A stretch of 57,327 bases of DNA from an uncultured Bacteroidota bacterium (lineage in GTDB: Bacteria > Bacteroidota > Bacteroidia > Bacteroidales > WCHB1-69), in assembly GCA_902797625.1 (NCBI GenBank), contig CADBTU010000101.1, positions 1 through 57,327 on the forward strand, given 5' to 3'. The notes under the pieces were generated by a model. It had not been told where the DNA came from, made no database searches, and was given only the letters and a program-made list of their open reading frames with translations. A program made the position numbers and the translations under genes. This document shows, in pieces, positions 12,151-20,762 of this stretch. The first letter of the stretch is position 1, and each line of letters begins with the position of its first letter.

Positions 12151-12348
12151 TAAAGGTGTCCGCTAAAAATTAAAAATAAATTTTCAGCGGTTGTAAACCT
12201 TTGTAAATTTGTGTATGCGATTTTTGTTGGCAGTTACAAGCCCCCATTTAAGCTCCTGACTAAACTAGCAATGAGGCAGCTGTAATTCTTATTAGGTTTG
12301 CTCCGCCATTGGTTCTTATGGGTACAATGCTTTTAGCAGACAATAATA
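12151..12348. mobile_element. ~200-bp MITE-like / IS4-like remnant bounded by imperfect inverted repeats
   Basis: Left TGTCCGCTAAAA (12157-12168) and right TTTTAGCAGACA (12331-12342) are inverted, 11/12 identical. The right end (12331-12348) matches 97-114 at 16/18. No ORF and no clear target duplication. Confidence 0.45.
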
Positions 12349-12400
12349 AATTAAAAAGGAAAATACACGCCAATAGATAGTTAACGCGTTCAGTAAATAG

Positions 12401-12473
12401 TCGGGGTGAGAAGACTCGAACTTCCGGCCTCTACGTCCCGAACGTAGCGCGCTACCAACTGCGCCACACCCCG
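12401..12473 (-). tRNA. tRNA-Pro (anticodon CGG)
   Basis: Acceptor stem CGGGGTG/CACCCCG, D-arm GCGC-AGTTGGTA-GCGC, anticodon arm CTACG-TTCGGGA-CGTAG, T-loop TTCGAGT. CCA is not encoded. Confidence 0.97.
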
Positions 12474-12487
12474 CTGCATTTTGGTTG

Positions 12488-12495
12488 CAAAAATA
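12488..12495 (-). promoter_or_regulatory. -7 promoter box (TATTTTTG) for tRNA-Pro
   Basis: Exact TAnnTTTG 14 nt upstream of the tRNA 5' end. Confidence 0.7.
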
Positions 12496-12532
12496 TATTT
12501 TTTTTCAATAAAATGTTGTAAGAGAATTATAA

Positions 12533-13186
12533 TTATTCTTCATATTTTGTGTTGTCAGGGATACCAGCCATCAGAAGAGCTTCGCGACGTTCTCGGCATG
12601 TGGCACATTTGCCGCAATGTAATCTGCCCCCTTTGTAGCAAGAGTAAGTTTCGGAGTAATCGATGCCCAAAAAATTACCTTTTTCGGCTATTTTCTTCTT
12701 ACTGAGATTAGTATAAGGTGCAAAAACCTCAATATTTCTATATGTTCCTAAACTAATAGTTTTTGCGATGGATTCAATAAATTCGGGGCGACAATCAGGG
12801 TAGATTGAGTGGTCGCCAGAGTGATTTGCAATTAAAACTCTATTCAAGTTGTTACTTTCTGCAATTCCGCACGCTATTGAGAGCATAATTCCATTTCTAA
12901 ATGGCACAACAGTAGATTTCATATTCTCTTCATCATAGTTAATAGTGGGAATATCCTCTGGAGACGAGAGCAGAGCACTTTTGAAGTACTTGTGCATAAA
13001 ATCAAGTGGAATTATCAGATGTTGAATAGATAACTTTCTGCAGTGAAGCGATGCAAAGATTTGTTCTTCAGCATTTTGAATAGAACCGTAATCAAAAGTT
13101 ATTGCTAAGGCAATGTTATCTTTGTATTCATAAAGCATAGTTGTGGAGTCCATACCTCCCGACAAAACAATGACAGAATCTTTCAT
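12533..13186 (-). CDS. queC: 7-cyano-7-deazaguanine synthase QueC
   Basis: SGGMDS PP-loop, VPFRNG, YPDCRPEF, SCY...HCGKCATC Zn site. Confidence 0.96.
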   Translation of the reverse strand: MKDSVIVLSGGMDSTTMLYEYKDNIALAITFDYGSIQNAEEQIFASLHCRKLSIQHLIIPLDFMHKYFKSALLSSPEDIPTINYDEENMKSTVVPFRNGIMLSIACGIAESNNLNRVLIANHSGDHSIYPDCRPEFIESIAKTISLGTYRNIEVFAPYTNLSKKKIAEKGNFLGIDYSETYSCYKGGRLHCGKCATCRERREALLMAGIPDNTKYEE

Positions 13187-13190
13187 TAGA

Positions 13191-13664
13191 TTATTTTTTT
13201 AATTTAAAATTATCAAGAATACGCTGATTTACGATATTTTGATGTTCTTCATCACCATAATTAGCAAAAGGAATAATAGAGATACCTCCGCGAGGATTAA
13301 AAATACCTATAACTTCCAGATACTTTGGGTTCATAAGTTTTACTAAGTCTTTCATAATGATATTAACACAATCTTCATGAAAATCACCGTGATTTCTAAA
13401 GCTAAAGAGATAAAGTTTCAAACTTTTACTTTCAACCATCAAATAATTAGGAATATAATTTATGATTATATGTCCGAAATCAGGTTGGCCAGTTTTAGGG
13501 CACAAAGAGGTGAATTCTGGGCAATCTAATGTTACAATATATTCATTTTCAGGATGTTTATTTTCAAAAGTTTCCAATACATCAGGAGTATAATCGTAAT
13601 TATATGATGTATTTTGATTACCTAAAAGAGTTACATTTTTCAATTCATCTTCATTTCTTGACAT
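13191..13664 (-). CDS. queF: NADPH-dependent preQ0 nitrile reductase QueF (unimodular)
   Basis: [28 protein letters not shown] (QueF motif), FHEDC, PRGG. Confidence 0.96.
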   Translation of the reverse strand: MSRNEDELKNVTLLGNQNTSYNYDYTPDVLETFENKHPENEYIVTLDCPEFTSLCPKTGQPDFGHIIINYIPNYLMVESKSLKLYLFSFRNHGDFHEDCVNIIMKDLVKLMNPKYLEVIGIFNPRGGISIIPFANYGDEEHQNIVNQRILDNFKLKK

Positions 13665-13681
13665 AGTAATAAATTTTGGTG

Positions 13682-13708
13682 CAAAAGTAAGAAAAATAAG
13701 TATCTTCG
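13682..13708. promoter_or_regulatory. Back-to-back divergent promoters for queF-queC (-) and guaD (+)
   Basis: TACTTTTG on minus (13682-13689) and variant TATCTTCG on plus (13701-13708), within a 68-bp intergenic gap. Confidence 0.6.
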
Positions 13709-13732
13709 CAGCGCAAATAAAAAACTTACAGA

Positions 13733-14203
13733 ATGTATCGTAAAAAATTTATGGAGGAGGCTATCAAATTAGCTAACGAATGTTTTGAAACAGGAAACGG
13801 TGGGCCTTTTGGCGCAGTGATTGTGAAAGACGGTGAGATTGTAGGTCGTGGTAGGAATACGGTTACTGCCGACAATGACCCAACGGCTCATGCTGAGGTT
13901 AACGCTATAAGGGATGCTTGTAAAAACTTGGGAACATTTCAGCTATCAGGGTGCGAAGTTTATGCCAGCAGTGAACCTTGTCCTATGTGCTTCGGTGCAA
14001 TATATTGGGCTCGTCCAGAAAGAATTTTCTACGGCGCATCTTGCGAAGCAGCTGCCGAAGCAGGATTTCAAGATACTTTTATTTACGATGAACTCGGAAA
14101 ACCAATAGAAGAGTATTCTATAAAAACAGAACAACGCGATGGTGAATTAGCTTCTAAGACTTTCCAAAAATGGAAAAATTTTGATAAAAGAATAGATTAT
14201 TAA
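13733..14203 (+). CDS. guaD: Guanine deaminase (CDA-fold, B. subtilis GuaD type)
   Basis: [33 protein letters not shown]; 156 aa ending in Tyr. Confidence 0.85.
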   Translation: MYRKKFMEEAIKLANECFETGNGGPFGAVIVKDGEIVGRGRNTVTADNDPTAHAEVNAIRDACKNLGTFQLSGCEVYASSEPCPMCFGAIYWARPERIFYGASCEAAAEAGFQDTFIYDELGKPIEEYSIKTEQRDGELASKTFQKWKNFDKRIDY

Positions 14204-14223
14204 TATATTAAATACTACTTTTG

Positions 14224-14955
14224 ATGGATAACTCTAAAAACATAGGTAAGTTATTTCTGATACCTCTACCACTTGCAGAGGGTGATTTTGGACAATTCTT
14301 TCCTGAGTGTAACGCTTCTGTAATAAATGAGATAGATTACTACATTGTTGAAGCTGTGCGAACAGCAAGACGTTTTCTAAAATACTCTAAGATACAAAAA
14401 GCTATTGATGACTTAACTTTTTTCGAGCTTAACGAGCATACTCAAGGAGTTGATCTTAATGAATATTTAAGGCCATGTCTTGAAGGTTATAACGTAGGCT
14501 TGATGTCTGAAGCAGGAGTTCCGTGTGTTGCAGATCCTGGTCATAAGGCTGTTGATAAGGCGCACCAACTTGGAATAGAAATTATTCCGCTTATAGGACC
14601 AAGTTCGATAATGCTTGCCTTGATGGGCAGCGGTATGAATGGACAACAGTTTACATTTCATGGTTATTTACCAGCAGAACAATATGATAGAGAACGTAAA
14701 ATTGTTGATATAGAGAATTATGCCATCAAAACAGGACAAACTCAAATTTTTATAGAAACACCGTACCGAAATAATAGAATGACAGCTTCACTATGTAAAG
14801 TGTGTAAACCTAATACTCGTCTTTGTGTTGCAGCAAATCTTACCTCAAAAAACCAATTTATAAAAACACAATCTATTTCAAAATGGAGAAAATATTTTTC
14901 GATAGAGAGTAATCAGCTGGGGAAAGTCCCATGTATTTATTTGATTAACAGGTGA
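14224..14955 (+). CDS. SAM-dependent methyltransferase, RsmI-like (tetrapyrrole methylase family)
   Basis: GLMSEAGVPCVADPG, IGPSSI, FTFHGYLP, FIETPYRN. Confidence 0.85.
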   Translation: MDNSKNIGKLFLIPLPLAEGDFGQFFPECNASVINEIDYYIVEAVRTARRFLKYSKIQKAIDDLTFFELNEHTQGVDLNEYLRPCLEGYNVGLMSEAGVPCVADPGHKAVDKAHQLGIEIIPLIGPSSIMLALMGSGMNGQQFTFHGYLPAEQYDRERKIVDIENYAIKTGQTQIFIETPYRNNRMTASLCKVCKPNTRLCVAANLTSKNQFIKTQSISKWRKYFSIESNQLGKVPCIYLINR

Positions 14956-15055
14956 TTATTTTGTATTTGTGAATCGTTTTTATCTATAGAAGAAGTGTTT
15001 GTGTAAATTGTTAAAAAATATTTTCAAAAACCGCCGAATATGTTTAAAAAAAAAC

Positions 15056-15063
15056 TATTTTTG
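15056..15063 (+). promoter_or_regulatory. -7 promoter box (TATTTTTG) for rpsT
   Basis: Exact TAnnTTTG 47 nt upstream of the ATG. Confidence 0.65.
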
Positions 15064-15110
15064 CCGTCCGAAAAATTATAACGAAAAAAATAAAAAACAT
15101 TTAAAAAATA

Positions 15111-15362
15111 ATGGCAAATCACAAGTCTTCTGTTAAGAGAATCAGAGCAAACGAAAGAAAAAGATTAGCAAATCGTTACTATTCTAAAACAATGCGTAAT
15201 GCATTGCGCGATATTCGTGCTATCACAGATAAGAATGAAGCTATGCAAAAAGTTTCATCAATGAATTCGATGATTGATAAACTTGCAAAAAGAGGCATGA
15301 TACATAAAAACAAGGCCGCTAACCTTAAGTCTGGCCTTATGAAAAAGATTAATGCTCTCTAA
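15111..15362 (+). CDS. rpsT: 30S ribosomal protein S20
   Basis: [32 protein letters not shown]. Confidence 0.98.
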   Translation: MANHKSSVKRIRANERKRLANRYYSKTMRNALRDIRAITDKNEAMQKVSSMNSMIDKLAKRGMIHKNKAANLKSGLMKKINAL

Positions 15363-15789
15363 TTTTTTGGATAGTATAGAGTTTAAAGCTTCTGTACCTA
15401 TTCAGGTACGAATGAGTGATTTAGATCCTTTCGTCCATGTTAATAATGGTAACCAATGTCATTATTTTGATTTAGGACGGGGTTCGTATTTAGAAGAAGT
15501 ACTTCAAGACCAGGTTGATTGGAAAACGATTGACTTGGTCTTGGTGCATATTGAACTTGATTTTATTCAACCAATTGAGTTTCATGATAAATTGGTGTGC
15601 GAGTCTAAAATTGTTGAAATTGGAAATAAGAGTCTAAAAATGGTTCAACAGTTGCGTGACACCGAGAAGAATGTAGTGAAAACAAGGTGTTTTAGCGTTT
15701 TGGCTGGTTTCGATCGTAATACACATCTTTCAATACCTATTAACGAACTCTATAAATCCAAAATTCTGGATTTTGAAGGTATTGAATAA
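15352..15789 (+). CDS. Acyl-CoA thioesterase (4HBT hot-dog fold)
   Basis: [14 protein letters not shown] motif, IGNKS; overlaps the rpsT stop. Confidence 0.88.
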   Translation: MLSNFLDSIEFKASVPIQVRMSDLDPFVHVNNGNQCHYFDLGRGSYLEEVLQDQVDWKTIDLVLVHIELDFIQPIEFHDKLVCESKIVEIGNKSLKMVQQLRDTEKNVVKTRCFSVLAGFDRNTHLSIPINELYKSKILDFEGIE

Positions 15790-16538
15790 TGATTAGTAAA
15801 AATAAAATATCAGAGTTAAGAAAACTACACTCTAAAAAATTTAGAGATGAATTTCAACTTTTTATAGTTGAAGGTATTAAGTCTGTCAAGATGCTTTTAG
15901 GGTCAGTTTATGATGTTGTTGATGTTTATGTTACTAATAATTTTTTGCAAGAGAATCAATCGTGGCTTAAAGATTTTAGCAATATAACGGAGGTGTCGCG
16001 TTTGGATATGGAGCGGATTAGCACATTGCAAACGCCACCAGAAATACTCGCTGTCTGTCGCCAGCGAAGTCATAGTTGTCAGATTCCGAAAGATAAGCCT
16101 ATTATAGTTCTTGATGGAATTTCTGACCCAGGAAATTTCGGTACGATAGTGCGCACTGCCGATTGGTTTGGAATTAAAAATATTGTCTGTTCAACAAACA
16201 GTGTCGAATTTTATAATCCGAAGACAATACAAGCAACAATGGGGTCGTTTTTGAATGTTGAGGTTCATAAATTCGATTTAGTTGATTTTCTGACGACCCA
16301 AAAGTCTCATAGAAGAATTTTAGGAACTTTTATGGAGGGTTCAAACATTGATAATTTTAAATTTTTAGATTCCGATATTATAGTTATTGGCAACGAGGCG
16401 AATGGAATTTCAGACGATATTGCAAAATTAGTAACAAACAGGATAACCATTTGTAAGAATCTTCAAGAAAATGTGTGTGCTGAATCTCTTAATGCCAGTA
16501 TAGCTGCAGCTATTGTTATGTTTGCTTGGAGAAAATAA
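15789..16538 (+). CDS. TrmH/SpoU-family RNA methyltransferase
   Basis: LDGISDPGNFGTIVRTADWFG, IGNEANGIS, ESLNASIAA. Confidence 0.93.
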   Translation: MISKNKISELRKLHSKKFRDEFQLFIVEGIKSVKMLLGSVYDVVDVYVTNNFLQENQSWLKDFSNITEVSRLDMERISTLQTPPEILAVCRQRSHSCQIPKDKPIIVLDGISDPGNFGTIVRTADWFGIKNIVCSTNSVEFYNPKTIQATMGSFLNVEVHKFDLVDFLTTQKSHRRILGTFMEGSNIDNFKFLDSDIIVIGNEANGISDDIAKLVTNRITICKNLQENVCAESLNASIAAAIVMFAWRK

Positions 16539-16547
16539 TTTCTAAAC

Positions 16548-17303
16548 TTAGGAAATCTTATTTTCAGTTGATTTTACAATTAAGATACTCGCTTCGTAAA
16601 GAATCCATATAGGTAACGAGACTAAAAACAGAGTGAACGCGTCTCCAGTGGGTGTGATTATGGCTGCAACTATTAGAATGGCAACCACCGTGTGGCGACG
16701 GTATTTTATCATATATATTGAATTAAGTAATCCAATTTTAGCCAAGATTAAACTTAAAATAGGAATTTCAAAAATAATTCCAAAAATAACACTCATCATC
16801 AAAAGAGTCTCCATATATGATTCTAAAGTTAGCATATTAGAAACCTCACAACTAACTTGATATGTTCCTAAGAAACGTACGGTGAGAGGAAAAATCAAAA
16901 GATAATTTAGGCAAACACCGACTAAGAACATAATATATGAAGAAAAGACGATAAATATAGAGTATTTTTTTTCGTTTTTGTAAAGAGCTGGACTAATAAA
17001 ATTAAATAGTACTTTTATAGTATAAGGAGAAGAAAGTAGCACACCAAATGCGAAAGCGGTTTTAAGGTGTATAATAAATTGTTCGGTAAGCCCTATATTC
17101 ATCAAGTTGATAGAAAATTCCTCTCCGCCAAGTATTTGATAGATAAAAAAGGAAGAATCTTTAGGTGCAAGAACAATTTTGAATAGTAAGTCTTTAAAAC
17201 AGAAAGCTAAAACCATAAAGACGAGAGTTGCGGCAAAAATTTTAATAAGACTTGCGCGTAAATCGTCTAAATGTTCCCAGAAGGATTTTTCGGCTTCAGC
17301 CAT
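16548..17303 (-). CDS. tatC: Twin-arginine translocase subunit TatC
   Basis: SFWEHLDDLR, FISPALYKNEK, FEIP, AAIITPTGD, LYE. Confidence 0.96.
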   Translation of the reverse strand: MAEAEKSFWEHLDDLRASLIKIFAATLVFMVLAFCFKDLLFKIVLAPKDSSFFIYQILGGEEFSINLMNIGLTEQFIIHLKTAFAFGVLLSSPYTIKVLFNFISPALYKNEKKYSIFIVFSSYIMFLVGVCLNYLLIFPLTVRFLGTYQVSCEVSNMLTLESYMETLLMMSVIFGIIFEIPILSLILAKIGLLNSIYMIKYRRHTVVAILIVAAIITPTGDAFTLFLVSLPIWILYEASILIVKSTENKIS

Positions 17304-17308
17304 AAAAG

Positions 17309-17500
17309 TTACTCGTTATTTTCAGTTTTTTCAGAATTGCTATCTTGTAGATTATTTTCTTCTTTACCTTCAACACCATCTTTGAAAGAGCGAACACCTT
17401 TGCCTAAACCTTTCATCAAATCTGGTATTTTCTTTCCGCCAAAGAGAAGTAAAATAATAAGAGCAATAACTATAATTTCGGGCATTCTTATTCCCATCAT
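17309..17500 (-). CDS. tatA: Twin-arginine translocase subunit TatA
   Basis: PEII...[24 protein letters not shown]. Confidence 0.96.
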   Translation of the reverse strand: MMGIRMPEIIVIALIILLLFGGKKIPDLMKGLGKGVRSFKDGVEGKEENNLQDSNSEKTENNE

Positions 17501-17521
17501 AACAGATAATTTTAATTAGAA

Positions 17522-18031
17522 CTATTTTTTTAGAACAAACTTTACAAATAAATAACCTCCAATAATTTGAATCAGCATACCAGGAATGCCTATAACAAAA
17601 TCTGAGAAACCTGCGGCAAAAGAACCTTCTATAAGAGACTCAATCAGACAGCCAATCGTTTGGTAGAGAAGAACAACCAACGTCATCAGTGGGAGAGTAA
17701 TGGTTTTAAAACGGTTAGCAATGAATGCGGCACATAAGGCTAAAAGCGTTGATTTTATTATTATTGACGGTAAAACTGCTGGCATTGGCATCCCAAAAAG
17801 TACTGAATTAACAAGAGGAGAAAGAACTGCCGTTAAAAGTCCAACTTTCCACCCGTATTTATAGGCACTTATCAAAGTGAAAAAATAAATAGGCAGAAAA
17901 ATATGTCCACCGTTAGGAATAATATGGCACAATTGAGGTAAAAGTATATTACCAACGACAAAAAGAGTCGCAAAAATGTAAGTTTTAGCTTCTTTGTAGC
18001 TTAAAGAATAAAGTTTTACTGTTGATTCCAT
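17522..18031 (-). CDS. ECF transporter S-component-like membrane protein
   Basis: LLPQLCH.IPNGG.IFLPIYFF, YG...GLLTAVLSPL.N..LFGMP, GIPG..IQ; 5-6 TM helices. Confidence 0.8.
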   Translation of the reverse strand: MESTVKLYSLSYKEAKTYIFATLFVVGNILLPQLCHIIPNGGHIFLPIYFFTLISAYKYGWKVGLLTAVLSPLVNSVLFGMPMPAVLPSIIIKSTLLALCAAFIANRFKTITLPLMTLVVLLYQTIGCLIESLIEGSFAAGFSDFVIGIPGMLIQIIGGYLFVKFVLKK

Positions 18032-18040
18032 TACTTTGTA

Positions 18041-18472
18041 TTATGTTGTTTTTGTTTGCATTTCGTTAAAATGTTGTCTGAGCATAAGTTCAATTTCTAT
18101 AGGCGAGGTTGCATCTTTAACAATGTCTTCCAACCTACACCTTGAGTCGCCTTCAGGAACAACAATCTTATCTACCAAAGTGTTGAAGCGATAAGTAATA
18201 TTAGCTTTATTTAACACATCTATTGCTGGTTTACTAATAACTACAGCATAAAGGGAGTTAACATTAGCATTAACAATCAAACCAGCAGCAGCCTTTCCAA
18301 CAATTTTATCGGCTATATCAGCACCAATAAGTTGCTCAGGTTCATTATCTAACAACCAGATAAGATCACGAACCCCTCTTTTATTGTAAGTAGAAATCTC
18401 TCCTGATGTATTTCGCACCACGAGGGAGCAATTTTCTTCACTCAAAATGGTTATTATTTTATCAATAGTCAT
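18041..18472 (-). CDS. DUF1893 (TM1506-like) protein
   Basis: RGVRDL, ADKIVGKAAA, YA.VIS.PA, C.LE motifs. Confidence 0.82.
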   Translation of the reverse strand: MTIDKIITILSEENCSLVVRNTSGEISTYNKRGVRDLIWLLDNEPEQLIGADIADKIVGKAAAGLIVNANVNSLYAVVISKPAIDVLNKANITYRFNTLVDKIVVPEGDSRCRLEDIVKDATSPIEIELMLRQHFNEMQTKTT

Positions 18473-18539
18473 ATTAAATGTTCTCCAATAGATGATTTAG
18501 TAGGATCTTAGTGTATTAAAATCCCAAAAGCAAATTCAA

Positions 18540-18830
18540 TTATCTAAAAATAATATCTTTAACAATAGGTCCGAGGTCATTATTAATTCGTTGAATTATT
18601 TTTGATTTATGACCGAAAAGTTCGAATTTAAGAGCAGCGTTATTAACATTTACATACAGAATGCCGTTTTTTAGATCGTTGCATTTAGAGAAATGAGCAC
18701 ACATATCACCTACGTATTCTGGCCAGCGTTCTATCAGGATTTGTTTATCCATAAGATGTTGTTTGCCAGACTGTTTAACAAATTGACTTACAAGGTCTTT
18801 TAGGTTTATTTCGTGATTATCGAATTTCAT
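18540..18830 (-). CDS. DUF721/DciA family protein
   Basis: W.EYVG, GILYVNV.NAALKFEL, I..IN..LG..VKDIIF. Confidence 0.8.
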   Translation of the reverse strand: MKFDNHEINLKDLVSQFVKQSGKQHLMDKQILIERWPEYVGDMCAHFSKCNDLKNGILYVNVNNAALKFELFGHKSKIIQRINNDLGPIVKDIIFR

Positions 18831-18833
18831 AAG

Positions 18834-19448
18834 TTAGAGAATTTGTATATATTTATGAGTTTGAAGAGATAATCTCCATTTAGGATTTATAAGAATATAA
18901 TCGACAATATCTTTAATAATAACATTACATCTATTCCAGTCTGGTTGCAAAAAGAGGATACATTTATCAGACACAAGTTTAGAATTTTTTTCTGCCCATT
19001 CAAAATCTTCTTTGCAGCCGATAATAATTTTTAATTCGTTGGCTTTAGCGAGGGTTTCGTTATTAGGTGCGGCGCCATACTTAGGGGAGAGGCAGATCCA
19101 ATCCCAATCACCTGTAATAGGTTGTGAACCAGAAGTTTCGAGGAAGCATTGGATATTATGTTCGTGAAATTTGTTGCATAGGTTTGTTAAATCATATAAC
19201 ATTGGTTCACCGCCAGTTACAACAACAGCTTTAGCTGGGCAATTGAGGGCATGATTTACAATTTCATCAATTTCAACTTCTGGGTATCGGGAAGCGTCCC
19301 ACGCACGCATTTCATCACAGAAAGAGCAGCCAACCTCGCAGCCACCTAAGCGTACAAACCACGCAGGTTTTCCCATATTGAAACCTTCTCCTTGCAGTGA
19401 GTAAAACTCTTCAACAACTCGTATTTTATCAGTTTTTGTCTTGGCCAT
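18834..19448 (-). CDS. queE: 7-carboxy-7-deazaguanine synthase QueE (radical SAM)
   Basis: EEFYSLQGEG, FVRLGGCEVGCSFCD, VTGGEP, LETSG, SPK, LSLQTHK. Start moved to ATG 19448 because a -7 box lies inside the longer ORF. Confidence 0.93.
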   Translation of the reverse strand: MAKTKTDKIRVVEEFYSLQGEGFNMGKPAWFVRLGGCEVGCSFCDEMRAWDASRYPEVEIDEIVNHALNCPAKAVVVTGGEPMLYDLTNLCNKFHEHNIQCFLETSGSQPITGDWDWICLSPKYGAAPNNETLAKANELKIIIGCKEDFEWAEKNSKLVSDKCILFLQPDWNRCNVIIKDIVDYILINPKWRLSLQTHKYIQIL

Positions 19449-19465
19449 AGTTATAAAAACGGGTG

Positions 19466-19473
19466 CAAATTTA
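19466..19473 (-). promoter_or_regulatory. -7 promoter box (TAAATTTG) for queE
   Basis: Exact TAnnTTTG followed by CAC, 17 nt upstream of the ATG. Confidence 0.65.
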
Positions 19474-19642
19474 CAAAAAATAATCGGAATTACCCTATTA
19501 TACAATATGTGTTACATACATTCGTGTTTATCATCTTTTTTATGAATGTTTAGGATAAACTATAGTCGAATTATCTGTTACTTTTAGATTCTTTTAGTTT
19601 TTAGCATACAATTAAAGACAAAAAGGTCTTTAAATATGGGTG

Positions 19643-20692
19643 TTATTTTTTCCAATCTGGGGCATCACCACGTGACGTATCTACAGTATAGCCAGTAGAT
19701 CTTATGCGGTCGGCAAGATTTTTAACATATTGGGCAGATTCTTCACCAGTGAATATTTTATTGTCGTAAATGTCGTATTTTTTTCTAACATCTACAGGAG
19801 ACAAGTTAGGCATGACAACATTAGCACCAGCAAGCAGACCTTTTTCTCTGCCTTTAGGGTCAATAGTACCGAGTGCGGTAGTGGAAGGTAGTAATGCTTT
19901 GGGCAATATAAGTCGTAAAAGACCGAGCATAAAAAGAGTTTGTTCAACAGTTCCGCTATTTTTTTCAGCAAAAGGGGTTGCGTGATGAGGTATAAAAGGA
20001 CCGATTCCCACCATTTGAGGTTGAAAAACTGCAATAAACAAGAGGTCTTCAGCCAAATTGTTTACAGTTTGAAAAGGAGAGCCAACCATAAAACCTGTTC
20101 CAACTTGAAAACCGATATTTTTAAGATCTTTTAAGCAATTGATCCTGTGTTCATAAGACATCCAATTTGGATGTAATTGTTCATAATGATGTGGATTTGC
20201 TGTTTCGTGGCGTAAAAGGTATCTATCTGCACCAGCATTAAAAAGATTTTGATAGCTTTCGTGCGAGCGTTCACCGAGAGAGAGAGTTACGGCACAATCA
20301 GGATATTTTGATTTTATTTTTTTTATGATGCTAATAAGAACATCATCTTTAAAATAAGCGTCTTCTCCGCCTTGCATAACAAAAGTTCTGAATCCGAGTG
20401 AATATCCTTCATCACAACATATTAGAATGTCTTCTTCAGAAAGTCTGTATCTATCTGTGTTTTTATTACTTCTTCTAATGCCACAATAGAAACAGTCATT
20501 AGAGCAGAAGTTAGAAATCTCAATCAATCCACGCAGAAAAACCGATTTTCCGAAATATTTTTCTCTAACGGAGCGCGCCCTTTGGAATAAAAATTCGGTA
20601 TCATCAGGGGAGTGATTTTCAATAAGATCAACAAACTCCTCTTTATTAAGAATATTATTGTTTTCTAATTTTGTTATAAGTTTTCTCATCAT
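19643..20692 (-). CDS. hydE: [FeFe]-hydrogenase H-cluster radical SAM maturase HydE
   Basis: LRGLIEISNFCSNDCFYCGIR, RYLLRHETA, GIGPFIPHHATP, GANVVMPNLSP, YDIYDNK. Start is ATG 20692 or 20689. Confidence 0.9.
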   Translation of the reverse strand: MMRKLITKLENNNILNKEEFVDLIENHSPDDTEFLFQRARSVREKYFGKSVFLRGLIEISNFCSNDCFYCGIRRSNKNTDRYRLSEEDILICCDEGYSLGFRTFVMQGGEDAYFKDDVLISIIKKIKSKYPDCAVTLSLGERSHESYQNLFNAGADRYLLRHETANPHHYEQLHPNWMSYEHRINCLKDLKNIGFQVGTGFMVGSPFQTVNNLAEDLLFIAVFQPQMVGIGPFIPHHATPFAEKNSGTVEQTLFMLGLLRLILPKALLPSTTALGTIDPKGREKGLLAGANVVMPNLSPVDVRKKYDIYDNKIFTGEESAQYVKNLADRIRSTGYTVDTSRGDAPDWKK

Positions 20693-20708
20693 TAGCAATT
20701 AAGGGGTG

Positions 20709-20716
20709 CAAAAATA
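20709..20716 (-). promoter_or_regulatory. -7 promoter box (TATTTTTG) for hydE
   Basis: Exact TAnnTTTG directly after the gcvT terminator. Confidence 0.6.
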
Positions 20717-20744
20717 AAAAAAGCGATGTAAAAACATCGCTTTT
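20717..20744 (-). terminator. Intrinsic terminator of gcvT
   Basis: AAAAGCGATGT-aaaa-ACATCGCTTTT perfect 11-bp stem with T-runs on both strands. Confidence 0.8.
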
Positions 20745-20762
20745 ACATTATATTGAAAGAGA

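Noticed and set aside
13665-13732. preQ1 riboswitch upstream of queF (also checked upstream of queE)
   Set aside because: The -7 boxes lie only 17 nt from the start codons, and no aptamer pattern is present.
19612-19633. TTAAAGAC/GTCTTTAA hairpin after hydE
   Set aside because: The 8-bp AT-rich stem has no T-tail; too weak to call a terminator.
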